Of a DNA stretch of 64,000 nt, positions 54,645 through 64,000 are shown piece after piece. The notes beneath the pieces were generated by a model. That model made no database searches. It saw nothing but the letters and a program-made list of their open reading frames with translations, and was not told where the DNA came from. This DNA is from Chitinophagaceae bacterium. Its GTDB lineage: Bacteria; Bacteroidota; Bacteroidia; Chitinophagales; Chitinophagaceae. A program made the position numbers and the translations under genes. Positions within the stretch are counted from its first letter, which is position 1. Each line of letters begins with the position of its first letter. The DNA lies in contig JACMKU010000062.1 of NCBI GenBank assembly GCA_014379965.1, forward strand, positions 19,878 to 83,877. Reading direction: 5' to 3'.

Positions 54645-55604
54645 CTAAATGCTTATCACGAGTTTTCCCTTGTGCTCAGCTCTGCCAAAAATCCTGAATG
54701 CATTTGCTGCTTCATCGAGACTGTACGGGCCGTCGATAACCGATCGTATCTTTCCTGCCTCGAAAAGTTCATTCATATAATCCAGGTCTTTGTTTGGCTT
54801 CAGCATCACAATTCGAATGTATTTTTTCCTGAACGCCCGAATCCATGGTTTCAATAACATGGCCTGGAGAAGGCGGGACATTGATCCACCGACTGTAACA
54901 TAAACGCCTTGTTGGCTAAGTGCGCGAGTGTAATCCCAAGTTGACCGGTTTGTCTTCACATCTAAAATCAGGTCATAATGTTTGCCATCCCTGGTGAAAT
55001 CTTGCTGAGCGTAGTCGATAACGTGATCAAAACCCATGGAACGCATTGAGTCCAATTTTGCGGCACTGTCAACGCCTGTGACTTCGGCACCATACAGTTT
55101 TGCGATCTGTATGCCATACGCACCTACACCACCACCAGCACCATTGATTAATATCTTTTGGCCCTGTTGAATGTTTCCTATATCACGAAGTCCCTGTACC
55201 GCAAGCATCGCTGCCTGGGGAATTGCGGCGGCCTCGACCCATGTCATGCGGGATGGCTTAAGAGCTATTGATTTTTCCTGGGCGCAAACGTACTCCGCCA
55301 TTCCACCCCACCGTCCGCTCAGGTCGCCGTATACTTCGTCACCCGGCTTAAACTGCCGGACATTTTTCCCAATAGCTTCAATTTGTCCAGCGATGTCTGA
55401 ACCGAGTATATTTTTCCCTGGCTTAAATAATCCAAACATCATACGATTAACGAAGTCGCCCTGAAGAAGACCCCAGTCCCAATCATTAATGGAAACCGCA
55501 TGAACTTTTATGAGAACCTCATCATCTTTTGGAAATGGTTTTGGGACTTCCTGAATTTGCAGAACTTCCGGACCTCCGTAGTTGGTATAAACAAGTGCTT
55601 TCAA
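54645..55604 (-). CDS. NAD(P)-dependent MDR-family oxidoreductase (quinone oxidoreductase / zinc-type alcohol dehydrogenase-like)
   Basis: 319 aa with MKALVYTNYGGPEVLQIQEVPKP and the Rossmann motif INGAGGGVGAYGIQIAKLYGAEV. Confidence 0.85.
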   Translation of the reverse strand: MKALVYTNYGGPEVLQIQEVPKPFPKDDEVLIKVHAVSINDWDWGLLQGDFVNRMMFGLFKPGKNILGSDIAGQIEAIGKNVRQFKPGDEVYGDLSGRWGGMAEYVCAQEKSIALKPSRMTWVEAAAIPQAAMLAVQGLRDIGNIQQGQKILINGAGGGVGAYGIQIAKLYGAEVTGVDSAAKLDSMRSMGFDHVIDYAQQDFTRDGKHYDLILDVKTNRSTWDYTRALSQQGVYVTVGGSMSRLLQAMLLKPWIRAFRKKYIRIVMLKPNKDLDYMNELFEAGKIRSVIDGPYSLDEAANAFRIFGRAEHKGKLVISI

Positions 55605-55610
55605 TTTGAG

Positions 55611-55740
55611 GGGGTTGATGGTTTAATAGTTTAAGGGTTTAAAAGTCTAATAGTTTTTCGGGGCACTTCCCTATTTCACTGACTGGTCTTTTTGGACAAC
55701 TCTTAAACCTTTAAACCCTTAAACTTTTAAACTCTAAAAC
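55611..55740. repeat. Palindromic element of the GGTTTAAGGGTTTAAAAG family (second copy)
   Basis: Left arm 55611-55656 (GGTTGATGGTTTAATAGTTTAAGGGTTTAAAAGTCTAATAG) and right arm 55699-55740 (CTCTTAAACCTTTAAACCCTTAAACTTTTAAACTCTAAAAC). Confidence 0.85.
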
Positions 55741-55741
55741 A

Positions 55742-57442
55742 TCACCAAAACCTAATATACAACGCTGCAATAATCCCCAACACAATAATAATCATCGCCA
55801 ATATTCCCGGAGACACCCTATACATACTCCTGTCGACCTGCAACGCATTTATTTTTTCGCGTCCTTTCTTATCGAGCAGGCTCACAATGATGATCAACAG
55901 CATGGTGAAGAAGAATACCCATCCCATCTGGATCAGGAATGGAATTTCATATGCTCCTGTACCAGTTGGGTACGCCGTATACAGGAAAGTGTCATTGCCC
56001 GCGAGACCGGGTAATAATTTGTCAAATAGGATTGCTAGCAAGACTCCTCCAATGATGCCCGCAATAGCGGCCTTCGAGGTCGTCTTCTTCCAGAAGAATC
56101 CCAAAAGGAATACAGGGAAGATGGCTGGTGAAATGTAGCCCGTGTATTTCTGAATAAATTCGAATCCACCCTTTCCACCGATGCCAAGTGCATCTTTCCA
56201 GTTGACGGCAACTGCAATGACCAATGAAACTACCACCACGATTCTCCCGATCCATACCAGGTTCTTTTCGCTGGATTCGCGTTTAATATATTTCTTGTAG
56301 ATATCGAGAGTATAGATAGTGGAGATGCTATTTGCTTTTCCCGCCAGGGAAGCGACGATGGCCGCAGTCAGCGCTGCCATAGACAGGCCTCTCAATCCTG
56401 TGGGAAGGAAACCCAGAACGGCGGAGTAGGCGTTATCTTCCCTGAATTCCCCATTAGTTAACATCTGCTGTTGCAATTCACCTTGCTGGTGGAGCACATA
56501 TGCTGCAATGCCTGGCAGCACCACCAACAAAGGCATCATCAACTTCAGGAATGCCGCGAATAATATTCCTTTCCGTGCAGTCTGCAGATCGGCGCCCAAC
56601 GCACGTTGCGTGATGTATTGGTTGCAACCCCAGTAGTTAAGATTAGCCACCCACATGCCTGCCGCAAGCATGGCCAAACCTGGCAAGCTGGCATAGTGAT
56701 TCACTTGTTGCTGAGTGGAACCCGGTCCGGGTTTGTCGAAGATCATATTGAAGTGACCGGGCGCGGATTTGAACAGCTGATTGAAACCCGCAAGGAAATC
56801 CTTGCCATAGCCGAACTTCTCACTTACCACGGTCAATGCTATGTACGATGTGACTAAACCACCAACTATCAATACGATCACCTGTATCACATCTGTATAG
56901 CCAATCACCTTCATTCCACCGAGCGTGATGATCAATGCGAACACTGCAAGTGCGATCATGATGATATGAAAATTATCACCTCCGGTAAGATTGTTGATGG
57001 CGAGCGTGCCTAAGTAGAGGATAGAAGTTAAGTTGACGAATACATAGAGGAATAACCAGAAAATTGCCATGATGAGCGCAACGGTCTCATTATACCTCGT
57101 CTTTAGAAATTGCGGCATCGTGAATATCCGGTTCTTCAGGTAGATAGGCATGAAGAAAACCGCCACTACGATCAATGAGGCCGCCGCCAACCATTCGTAG
57201 GCAGAGATAGCGATACCCAGCCGAAAACCATTTCCCGACATGCCGATGAATTGTTCCGCGGAGATGTTGGAAGCTATCAATGAAGCGCCGATTGCCCACC
57301 ATGTGAGCTGCCCTTCCGCCAAAAAAAAATCAGTTGAGGATGCGTTCGCATTCTTCTTACGCCTGTACACCCATATACCGTAGGAAGAAACAATTAGAAA
57401 ATACACGATGAAGACGATGTAGTCGGAGGTTGCAAGTCCCAT
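55742..57442 (-). CDS. Sodium:solute symporter family (SGLT-like sugar transporter)
   Basis: 566 aa from the ATG at 57442 (MGLATSDYIVFIVYFLIV). It is polytopic with the SSF-typical GGMKVIGYTDVIQVIVLIVGG. The 669-aa ORF extension overlaps the GH43 gene and is Arg-rich and non-membrane, so I rejected it. Confidence 0.88.
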   Translation of the reverse strand: MGLATSDYIVFIVYFLIVSSYGIWVYRRKKNANASSTDFFLAEGQLTWWAIGASLIASNISAEQFIGMSGNGFRLGIAISAYEWLAAASLIVVAVFFMPIYLKNRIFTMPQFLKTRYNETVALIMAIFWLFLYVFVNLTSILYLGTLAINNLTGGDNFHIIMIALAVFALIITLGGMKVIGYTDVIQVIVLIVGGLVTSYIALTVVSEKFGYGKDFLAGFNQLFKSAPGHFNMIFDKPGPGSTQQQVNHYASLPGLAMLAAGMWVANLNYWGCNQYITQRALGADLQTARKGILFAAFLKLMMPLLVVLPGIAAYVLHQQGELQQQMLTNGEFREDNAYSAVLGFLPTGLRGLSMAALTAAIVASLAGKANSISTIYTLDIYKKYIKRESSEKNLVWIGRIVVVVSLVIAVAVNWKDALGIGGKGGFEFIQKYTGYISPAIFPVFLLGFFWKKTTSKAAIAGIIGGVLLAILFDKLLPGLAGNDTFLYTAYPTGTGAYEIPFLIQMGWVFFFTMLLIIIVSLLDKKGREKINALQVDRSMYRVSPGILAMIIIVLGIIAALYIRFW

Positions 57443-57500
57443 GGTAGTTTGGTTTGTCGATGCTAAAATAAGGGAACTGTTTGTTTCGACGGCCCTATCA

Positions 57501-58595
57501 TCATCTATTTTCCAAAACCGGCGTCTTTCTTTTTCGAACCACCTTCTTTTTCTCCGAGGGGATAGCCAGAGACACGTTCGTAGCCACAGGCCTTCCGAAG
57601 TAAGGTGTGCCGTCCTTCGTCCAAATGAATCGTTGTGCCCGCGGTGATCTCCATTTTCCACAGCCCAGACCCGGCTTATCATTCGCATGATAGAGGATCC
57701 AATACTCCGTTCCATCCGGTGACCTGAAGAATGAGTTATGTCCAGGTGCATACACCTTGTTCTCGGGACTCTGCTTGAATACAGGCAAGGGGTTCTTCTT
57801 CCACGACGTGCTATCCATCAGGTCCGCTGTGGCGGACGACGTAAGCATACCCAATGAATAATGTTCCGTCCAGCAACCACTAGCCGAATAGATCAAGAAT
57901 AACCTGTTTCCGTATTCAAGTATTTGGGGACCTTCATTAACATCTACGTGAGGAACGTCATTCGGATTATTAAGATCGCCATGCGTCTCCCATTCGAGCT
58001 CCGGCTTCGATAGGAGCACACGTTTTCCAGTAACTGTCCATGGATTGCTCATGGCAGCAATATAGATGTCTTGCCGCCCATTCGTATCACCCTCCCAACC
58101 TGACCAGATGAGATATAGTTTTCCTTTATGATTGTACACGGATCCATCGATGGACCATTTATCATCCGGTGTTGTCAATTTTCCTTTTAATACCCATTCA
58201 CCTTGCAAAGGATCCGGTGAACTGTTTTCCAACACCCACAATCGATGATCGACATTATTTCCACTATCAGCAGCAAAATAGATATACCATTTGCCAGCCA
58301 AAAAATGAATTTCGGGTGCCCAGATCTCCTTTGAGTAGGGACCCTTCGCAGGAGGATTAAACACCACTTTCTTCTCAGCCGTCTGCAATCGGGCAATTGA
58401 CTTCGTCTTCCAGACTGTTATATTTCTACCGGTTGTATTGGTGTAATAGTAGTAACCGTTTTTGTAGGTACACCATGGATCGGCACCCGCGGGTAAGATT
58501 GGATTGGTAAATCGCTGTGTTTGCTGGTCGTTTAACCCGTTAATGACGAAACATCCAACGAACGCCGTATAGATGAATACTCTTGCGATTTTCAT
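57501..58595 (-). CDS. Glycoside hydrolase family 43
   Basis: 364 aa with a signal peptide. NPILPAGADPWCTY and IWAPEIHFLAGKWYIYFAAD are typical of the GH43 five-bladed propeller. Confidence 0.88.
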   Translation of the reverse strand: MKIARVFIYTAFVGCFVINGLNDQQTQRFTNPILPAGADPWCTYKNGYYYYTNTTGRNITVWKTKSIARLQTAEKKVVFNPPAKGPYSKEIWAPEIHFLAGKWYIYFAADSGNNVDHRLWVLENSSPDPLQGEWVLKGKLTTPDDKWSIDGSVYNHKGKLYLIWSGWEGDTNGRQDIYIAAMSNPWTVTGKRVLLSKPELEWETHGDLNNPNDVPHVDVNEGPQILEYGNRLFLIYSASGCWTEHYSLGMLTSSATADLMDSTSWKKNPLPVFKQSPENKVYAPGHNSFFRSPDGTEYWILYHANDKPGLGCGKWRSPRAQRFIWTKDGTPYFGRPVATNVSLAIPSEKKKVVRKRKTPVLENR

Positions 58596-58629
58596 ACTGC
58601 TGTTTATATCCGGAAGTTAGTTTTTTAAA

Positions 58630-58869
58630 GTGAACCGGTACACGCTGGTAGTCCTGTACGTCTTTCCGGGTTCGAGTACCTCTGTCGGAAATCAAGTCAT
58701 TAATATTACGCGATTGAAGAGAGCAGCTGTCATTCTTGCCGAGGGAACTTAAAATGTAAACGAAGTAGCGGTGATGGTGGGGTATACGCCGCCGACGCAT
58801 TTTGGGAGAAATTTTCAAAAACAGTTTGGAGTTACGCCCTCAGAGTTTTTAATGAGGAAGGAGCATTGA
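58630..58869 (+). pseudogene. Remnant of an AraC-family regulator C-terminal HTH domain with an in-frame TAA
   Basis: My translation of one frame gives ...ITRLKRAAVILAEGT, then TAA at 58750-58752, then NVNEVAVMVGYTPPTHFGRNFQKQFGVTPSEFLMRKEH and a stop at 58867-58869. The second half matches the canonical AraC HTH2 (VGY.....F.R.F...FG.TPSEF). There is no N-terminal domain and no start codon. Confidence 0.5.
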
Positions 58870-58880
58870 TGTTGCGGGCG

Positions 58881-58974
58881 TGTTTAACGTTTAAGGGTTT
58901 AACGTTCTGCAGGTCGAAACTGGATATAAGGATTGTAACTGATTTAAGAACGTTAAACGTTAAACGTTAAACGC
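58881..58974. repeat. Palindromic element (GTTTAACG/GTTTAAGG units)
   Basis: Left arm 58881-58908 (TGTTTAACGTTTAAGGGTTTAACGTTC) and right arm 58947-58974 (GAACGTTAAACGTTAAACGTTAAACG). Confidence 0.85.
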
Positions 58975-58980
58975 GAAAGC

Positions 58981-59889
58981 TCAGTTCTGCTCGATATACA
59001 CTTTCTTCCCCGTCATCACTGTTAGCGAATCGAGAACGCGCGTAGTATCGCTTGTTGCGGGGAGTAGCATGTATAATTTATATTGGACGGAATCGGCAGT
59101 CTCAATTTTTACTTCCCATTGGTTTTCCTTAAGCTGGTTAAACCGTCTGAAGGCACGTCGTTCCTTCGCCACCTCAAGAACATATTTATAGCTATCAGTA
59201 GGTTCGGTTTTCTGATTCGAGGCCATCAGAAGCGATGTCGCCTGTGTTGTATCGATGAGTGGAGTCGTGTTTTCTATTGCTTCAGTAAGAGCCTCGTCAC
59301 TCTCTGAGTTTCGTGTAGCGATGGTGTATCCTCCCCAAATTGCTAAACCAATACCGCAAATGATAAGGAGTGCAATAACTGGCTTCCTCCATGGCGTCTT
59401 CATAGTTGGAGTGGCTAAATAGGCCTGGTATTTAGCATCAACAGTTTCCTTTCTGGTAAGTCCATGTACTTCCTTGTCGCCAGTCTCCATGATCTTATCT
59501 GTGATCATGGTGCCGGGAGTGAACTCAAATTCACCCGCTCTCATTTTTACAAGGTTGCCGATGCCGTCAAAAAGAAAGGGTTTGCCAATGTTGAGAAACT
59601 GGTGTGCGAGCTCGAGATGTGATGCGAGGTCCGCAATGGCGAGCGCCTTCATCTTTCCCGAGGTCGTCGAGATAAAGCTGATCAACTCAGGCGAATCCTG
59701 GATGGCAGGATTGTTCTTAAAGCTGATTCCCTCTGTGATCGAGGAACGCTGTTTACTATTTTCGGGTTCAATTGTGACGGTCGGGTCCAATAAAAAAGTC
59801 CCTATACCGGGCAGGTCAAGCCGTTTGTTGGTGTAGAGGTATTGGGCCAGGAGGTAGGCAAGTTTCAAGGTATTGGAATTAATTCTCAC
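58981..59889 (-). CDS. Hypothetical membrane-anchored protein with HU-CCDC81-like N-terminal repeats and a SPOR-like C-terminus
   Basis: 302 aa. The N-terminal LDLPGIGTFLLDP and the second FLFDGIGNLVKM resemble bacterial HU/CCDC81-like domains. It has one TM helix (VIALLIICGIGLAIWGG). The family call is tentative. Confidence 0.45.
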   Translation of the reverse strand: MRINSNTLKLAYLLAQYLYTNKRLDLPGIGTFLLDPTVTIEPENSKQRSSITEGISFKNNPAIQDSPELISFISTTSGKMKALAIADLASHLELAHQFLNIGKPFLFDGIGNLVKMRAGEFEFTPGTMITDKIMETGDKEVHGLTRKETVDAKYQAYLATPTMKTPWRKPVIALLIICGIGLAIWGGYTIATRNSESDEALTEAIENTTPLIDTTQATSLLMASNQKTEPTDSYKYVLEVAKERRAFRRFNQLKENQWEVKIETADSVQYKLYMLLPATSDTTRVLDSLTVMTGKKVYIEQN

Positions 59890-59950
59890 AATATATATAT
59901 TTAGAATGGTCGGCGCAATAGGGAGATTCCTTAGTTAATTTTGCCGCCAT

Positions 59951-60286
59951 ATGCTAACCGAGGAAGAGATACGATTCATGGAATATTGGGAGGCTAACCG
60001 GCTAAGGCGAAAAAGAGGCTTCCGACAACTGGCGATCGGTCTTCCTTTGGCGGTGGTGCTGGCTTCTGCCATCTTCATTAACTTCTTTTCTGGCTTAATC
60101 TGGTATAAAAAGGCGGATATCGAGCTCCATTCCCAGACTCCAGCCAACCAGGCGACTCTAATATTAGTGGTCATCATTGCTGCCCTTCTCATTGTTGTTT
60201 TTACTACGGTATTTTCCATCCGTCATAAATGGGAGATGTATGAGCAGCGATACCAGGAGCTGCTGGCGAGGAAACAGCAGTCATAA
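59951..60286 (+). CDS. Small hypothetical membrane protein
   Basis: 111 aa with two hydrophobic helices. No family recognised. Confidence 0.45.
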   Translation: MLTEEEIRFMEYWEANRLRRKRGFRQLAIGLPLAVVLASAIFINFFSGLIWYKKADIELHSQTPANQATLILVVIIAALLIVVFTTVFSIRHKWEMYEQRYQELLARKQQS

Positions 60287-60362
60287 ATTTTCCGTATCCT
60301 TGCAGCAGAATACGATTATAGCTTGTCTATCTGATGATTGTAGAAATTAAATCGATTTACTA

Positions 60363-60845
60363 GTGCGAAACCCTACTTACCCCCTGGCGCTGTTATTTTT
60401 GGCTCTCATAGCCTCCGGTTGTTCCAAAAGCAAGACCTGTAGTCCAAAATCCGTGGCAGGCGAGGCCACCCAGATCCAGGCTTTTGCTACGTCGAGCGGC
60501 ATGAATGCTACTCAACATTCCAGTGGCCTTTTCTATGAAATCGTAGATCCGGGTTCGGGCGCTACCGCTACCCTTAATTCGAATATTGCCATTACCTATA
60601 CGGGGACACTGCTTAACGGTACCATTTTCGATCAGCAGACCACCCCAAACAATACGGCATCGAATCCACCCTGGCCACTCGGGCAACTAATCGAGGGCTG
60701 GAGACTGGGGATACCCCTGATCAAGGAAGGCGGGCATATCAAATTAATCGTTCCATCGGCTATGGCTTATGGCTGTACCGGGTATGGGATCATCCCTGCA
60801 GACGCGATCCTCTATTTTGATATTACCCTCGTCGACGTTCAATAA
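60363..60845 (+). CDS. FKBP-type peptidyl-prolyl cis-trans isomerase lipoprotein
   Basis: 160 aa from a GTG start, with lipobox LIASGCS. The FKBP core is ITYTGTLLNGTIFDQ and LIEGWRLGIPLIKEGGHIKLIVPSAMAYG. Confidence 0.88.
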   Translation: MRNPTYPLALLFLALIASGCSKSKTCSPKSVAGEATQIQAFATSSGMNATQHSSGLFYEIVDPGSGATATLNSNIAITYTGTLLNGTIFDQQTTPNNTASNPPWPLGQLIEGWRLGIPLIKEGGHIKLIVPSAMAYGCTGYGIIPADAILYFDITLVDVQ

Positions 60846-60867
60846 TTCAACCCAATACTACCTGCAT

Positions 60868-60900
60868 AGCCTTGAGTCTTAAAATGCTCAAGGCTTTTTA
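60868..60900 (+). terminator. Rho-independent terminator after the FKBP gene
   Basis: Stem AGCCTTGAG (60868-60876) / CTCAAGGCT (60887-60895) with a 10-nt loop, followed by TTTTTAA. Confidence 0.6.
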
Positions 60901-60909
60901 ATTGTAAAT

Positions 60910-62358
60910 TTGAGTTTCAAACGTCTGCATTTGACCTACGAACCTATTTCAGTCTTCGACATCTTCAAGATCGGCATCGGACCCTCCAGTTCTCATACTC
61001 TCGGGCCGTGGCGGGCGGCACAGCGATTTCTTAGGACGTTGGAAGAGCAAAACGCATTATTCGAAGTGACGAGTATCAAGGTATTATTATATGGATCACT
61101 TGCGAAGACGGGAATCGGTCACGGAACCGACATGGCCGTTCAGTTAGGGCTAAGTGGTGATGATCCTGTTAGTTTCGACGTCAACAACATTCATGCGAAG
61201 CTCAACGATATAGTTGCCATGAAGAAGCTCATCATGGCTGCGAAGCATGAGGTAGATTTTGATCCAAGGGAAGACATTGAATTCCTCATCACGGAAACAC
61301 TTCCGCATCATCCAAACGCCCTGACTTTCCTCGCAAACCTGAGAAACGGCGCCAATATCGCCGAGACATACTATTCAATTGGTGGTGGGTTTGTGATAAA
61401 GGAAGGGGAGGAATCCAGGGGCGCTCAGAACGCCCAGCTACCATTTCCAATTAATACAGCGGATGATATTCTTCACTGGTGTCGCAAGACAGGTCTCGCA
61501 ATTCATGAGGTAGTATTGGAAAATGAGAACGCGTGGAGACCGGAACAACAGACGAAAGATAATTTATTGGAAATATGGAGGGTGATGAAAGAATGCGTCT
61601 ACCGTGGATGCCATACGGAGGGAACACTTCCTGGGGGACTTGAAGTACGAAGGAGAGCAGCGGGATTGAACAGGACATTGTTGAAAGATGCGCAGTACGA
61701 AGGTGTAGATGAGTGGGTTGGTTTGATAAAGAAAGGGGGCAACAATTTCAAATACATTCTTGACTGGGTGAGTTGTTTTGCGCTCGCGGTCAATGAAGAG
61801 AACGCATCTTTTCGACGAGTGGTGACTGCACCGACGAATGGAGCGGCTGGTGTCATACCTGCAGTTCTATTTTATTATATTCTGTTCAACGAGGGTGAGT
61901 CGAGTGAGAAAGTTATTAGATTCCTCTTGACAGCCTCGGAGATCGGGAGCATATTCAAGAAAGGCGCAACGATATCTGCTGCGATGGGTGGCTGCCAGGC
62001 GGAAATCGGTGTTTCTTCATCTATGGCCGCAGCCGCACTCACCGAGGCAGTGGGTGGAACGCAACGCCAGGCATTAATGGCGGCGGAAATAGCCATGGAG
62101 CACCATCTCGGTATGACCTGCGATCCAATCGGTGGTCTCGTGCAGGTGCCGTGCATTGAACGTAATACCATGGGAGCGATCAAGGCGATCACCGCATCTC
62201 AGCTCGCGCTACAAAGCACACCCGACTATGCCAAGGTATCACTTGATGGGGTGATACGTACAATGTGGGATACTGCACTCGATATGAATAGTAAGTATAA
62301 GGAGACTGCGGATGGGGGGTTGGCGGTGAATGTGCCGTTGAGTTTGCCAGAGTGCTAG
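60910..62358 (+). CDS. sdaA: L-serine ammonia-lyase (iron-sulfur dependent, single chain)
   Basis: 482 aa with [22 protein letters not shown] at the N-terminus and Cys ligand regions. The ORF-track start is a TTG at 60910, so the exact start is uncertain. Confidence 0.9.
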   Translation: MSFKRLHLTYEPISVFDIFKIGIGPSSSHTLGPWRAAQRFLRTLEEQNALFEVTSIKVLLYGSLAKTGIGHGTDMAVQLGLSGDDPVSFDVNNIHAKLNDIVAMKKLIMAAKHEVDFDPREDIEFLITETLPHHPNALTFLANLRNGANIAETYYSIGGGFVIKEGEESRGAQNAQLPFPINTADDILHWCRKTGLAIHEVVLENENAWRPEQQTKDNLLEIWRVMKECVYRGCHTEGTLPGGLEVRRRAAGLNRTLLKDAQYEGVDEWVGLIKKGGNNFKYILDWVSCFALAVNEENASFRRVVTAPTNGAAGVIPAVLFYYILFNEGESSEKVIRFLLTASEIGSIFKKGATISAAMGGCQAEIGVSSSMAAAALTEAVGGTQRQALMAAEIAMEHHLGMTCDPIGGLVQVPCIERNTMGAIKAITASQLALQSTPDYAKVSLDGVIRTMWDTALDMNSKYKETADGGLAVNVPLSLPEC

Positions 62359-62590
62359 GTTTCACGCAAAGACGCAAAGCTTCGCGAAGCCGCAAGGAGA
62401 TTCATAAAGTTGACGTCTCTCATTCATTAGCGTCCTTGCGAAACTTCGCGTCTTTGTTGAACCTGAGATCCAGGTAAATGAGCCCAATTTGAAAAACGGT
62501 GAGGGCGTAGAACTTTCCATTCTAAGAATCTCTTTGCGGCTTCGCGAAGCTTTGCGTCTTTGCGTGAAACCTAGACCTCTGCGTGAAATC
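62358..62590. repeat. Inverted repeat of the GGTTTCACGCAAAGACGCAAAG family (second copy)
   Basis: Left arm 62358-62396 (GGTTTCACGCAAAGACGCAAAGCTTCGCGAAGCCGCAAGG) and right arm 62532-62571 (CTTTGCGGCTTCGCGAAGCTTTGCGTCTTTGCGTGAAACC). Extra partial arms lie at 62431-62463 and 62579-62590. It sits between convergent genes. Confidence 0.85.
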
Positions 62591-63911
62591 ATTTATACCT
62601 CATAACCATAGATTCGAATTTCTTGAAGTCCCTATCCAGGTTGTCCCTCAACCTTTTCTTTACCTCGGCCTCCTCAATGAAACTATACTGAATACTATTA
62701 TACACCATTCGCTTAATATCGGCATACTTGATAGCGGGATAGCGGCTCGCAAGTAATACATATTGTTCGATGAGATTCGTACGAAGTATTCCTTCGTCAT
62801 CAGTGCTGATTACTATGGGAACGTTGAACCGCTTGTAAAGTAGAATTGGATGTCTATCCTCTTTAACCTTGAGAATAAATTCGTTGCTTCCGAGATTGAT
62901 CTCTATCGGTATATCCTTCGCACGCATGTGTTCCAATAATGCATAATTTTCTTTCTCATAAGCGATGTCCACGCCATGACCGATACGTGCTGGCTTCGCC
63001 TGGTACACTGCCTCCGAGATATGCCAGGTGAGGTCCTCTGGCTTCACGAGCCCTAGCGTTAACTCACCCGCGTGCATTGAATACTTCACATTCGGGTAGC
63101 GGGCTTTGCAATAAATGAACATCTGCATGTGGAGCCAATAATCCTGCATCGCTACATCATAGTGTTCGGGTGCAACTATGTTTACTCCTACCAATAACGG
63201 ACTTCGGTCTGCTGCCTCGAAGGCGACCACAAGATTCTTGAAAAGCGTCACGGGATCCTGAAGTCGTATTACGAAGGCCTGGTAACGAAGTGTAAACGAA
63301 CTATCATCGAGTTTTAGGGATGCATGGAGTTTGTGAAGATACTCTTGCGTAAACCCAATTGCGCATTCGGCAACCTTCATCGACTGGAATTGTGAATACA
63401 GGCTATCCAACGTCCGTCGGGTCAAAGAGTAATCCTTCTTCTCCTGGTAGCTGCGAAAAAGGGAATTGACTTCGGTAGTCTCTCCAAGGTCTTTGTTGCA
63501 TCGGATGACCCGGAACATTGTTTCTATATACGACACATTCTCTGCCTTCGCCCGCGATTTTATCTCAAGCAGACCTTTCTCCTGGCTGAGGTCGGTTGCA
63601 GGTCCGAAATGATCGAAGGATTCGAAGAACTGCCGATGTGAAGGATAGTCCGTCTCATTATAATCACGAGCCGACCATTTCCTGAATAAGCGCTGTTTGA
63701 AATCGAACAACAGTCCATCTCTTTTAATTTTAGAGAAACGCGTCCAACCGGTTGTGTCTACCGGCGCTTCTCTGCGAATGGCCAGTGTTATGGGGTGTAC
63801 ATAAAAATCATTCTCGACCGCCGCATCGATGAAAGTCTCGGTGTAAACAGACCCGGAGAAATGATGATGAAGGTCGCCGCCCTTCGGCATCTGGGAAAAG
63901 AAAGCTGTCAA
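62589..63911 (-). CDS. Adenosine deaminase family protein
   Basis: 440 aa with the metal-binding motifs GGDLHHHFSGS, SMHAGE and VISTDDEG of the adenosine/AMP deaminase superfamily. Confidence 0.8.
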   Translation of the reverse strand: MTAFFSQMPKGGDLHHHFSGSVYTETFIDAAVENDFYVHPITLAIRREAPVDTTGWTRFSKIKRDGLLFDFKQRLFRKWSARDYNETDYPSHRQFFESFDHFGPATDLSQEKGLLEIKSRAKAENVSYIETMFRVIRCNKDLGETTEVNSLFRSYQEKKDYSLTRRTLDSLYSQFQSMKVAECAIGFTQEYLHKLHASLKLDDSSFTLRYQAFVIRLQDPVTLFKNLVVAFEAADRSPLLVGVNIVAPEHYDVAMQDYWLHMQMFIYCKARYPNVKYSMHAGELTLGLVKPEDLTWHISEAVYQAKPARIGHGVDIAYEKENYALLEHMRAKDIPIEINLGSNEFILKVKEDRHPILLYKRFNVPIVISTDDEGILRTNLIEQYVLLASRYPAIKYADIKRMVYNSIQYSFIEEAEVKKRLRDNLDRDFKKFESMVMRYK

Positions 63912-64000
63912 TTCAACGGCACTGTGCCTGATCTTTTCAAAGTAATCATTTATTGTCTGGGCGTGAAGCGACGGGGAATAGAGGAGGAGGAGCAGTAGTT

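Noticed and set aside
57443-57751. 103-codon N-terminal extension of the symporter ORF
   Set aside because: The extension is Arg/His-rich and non-membrane, and it overlaps the GH43 3' end. The ATG at 57442 immediately precedes the first TM helix.

Overview
This 64-kb window looks like a Bacteroidota chromosome, probably Chitinophagia/Sphingobacteriia-like. Supporting signs are A/T-rich leaders without Shine-Dalgarno sites, a GH43 + sodium:solute symporter pair, a four-helix-bundle (23S rRNA IVS family) gene, and many intergenic palindromes built from 7-8 nt units. I could not run any search, so the taxon is an inference.

Both ends carry ordinary housekeeping genes: a glycosyltransferase, a YhhQ-type queuosine-precursor transporter, Nudix, CorA, DapF, a nucleoside phosphorylase, tRNA-Cys, a truncated globin, DUF72, an MDR oxidoreductase, SSF/GH43, FKBP, L-serine dehydratase and an adenosine deaminase-like protein.

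The centre (about 12.2-49.2 kb) is one tightly packed plus-strand operon. It encodes an extracellular contractile injection system (eCIS, Afp/PVC-like phage-tail particle). The recognisable parts are:
- DUF4255 cap/terminator, sheath, two tube proteins and a small DUF5908-like ORF
- LysM tube-initiator-like protein, VgrG-like spike, PAAR and gp25
- a 1536-aa baseplate-J-like protein, a 2217-aa giant baseplate-associated protein and a putative tape measure
- two DUF4157 cargo proteins and a terminal AAA+ ATPase

The eCIS class is already described, but this locus has several features I cannot explain from what I know:
- Two cysteine-rich coiled-coil proteins sit between the sheath and tube genes.
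- A 2746-aa DUF4157 protein is built from two repeated units (leader, helical region, hydrophobic region, Cys linker, toxin). It has a colicin-E9-like DNase embedded mid-protein, and a SUKH/SMI1 immunity gene follows it.
- A ParA ATPase and an NTF2+cupin protein lie in-line among the cargo genes.
- No tail fibre is recognisable.

A LuxR-type regulator is divergent from the operon. About 2 kb downstream of the eCIS there is a single-gene NACHT/STAND NTPase, a candidate defence gene. All domain calls come from motif recognition by eye and need HMM or structure searches to confirm.
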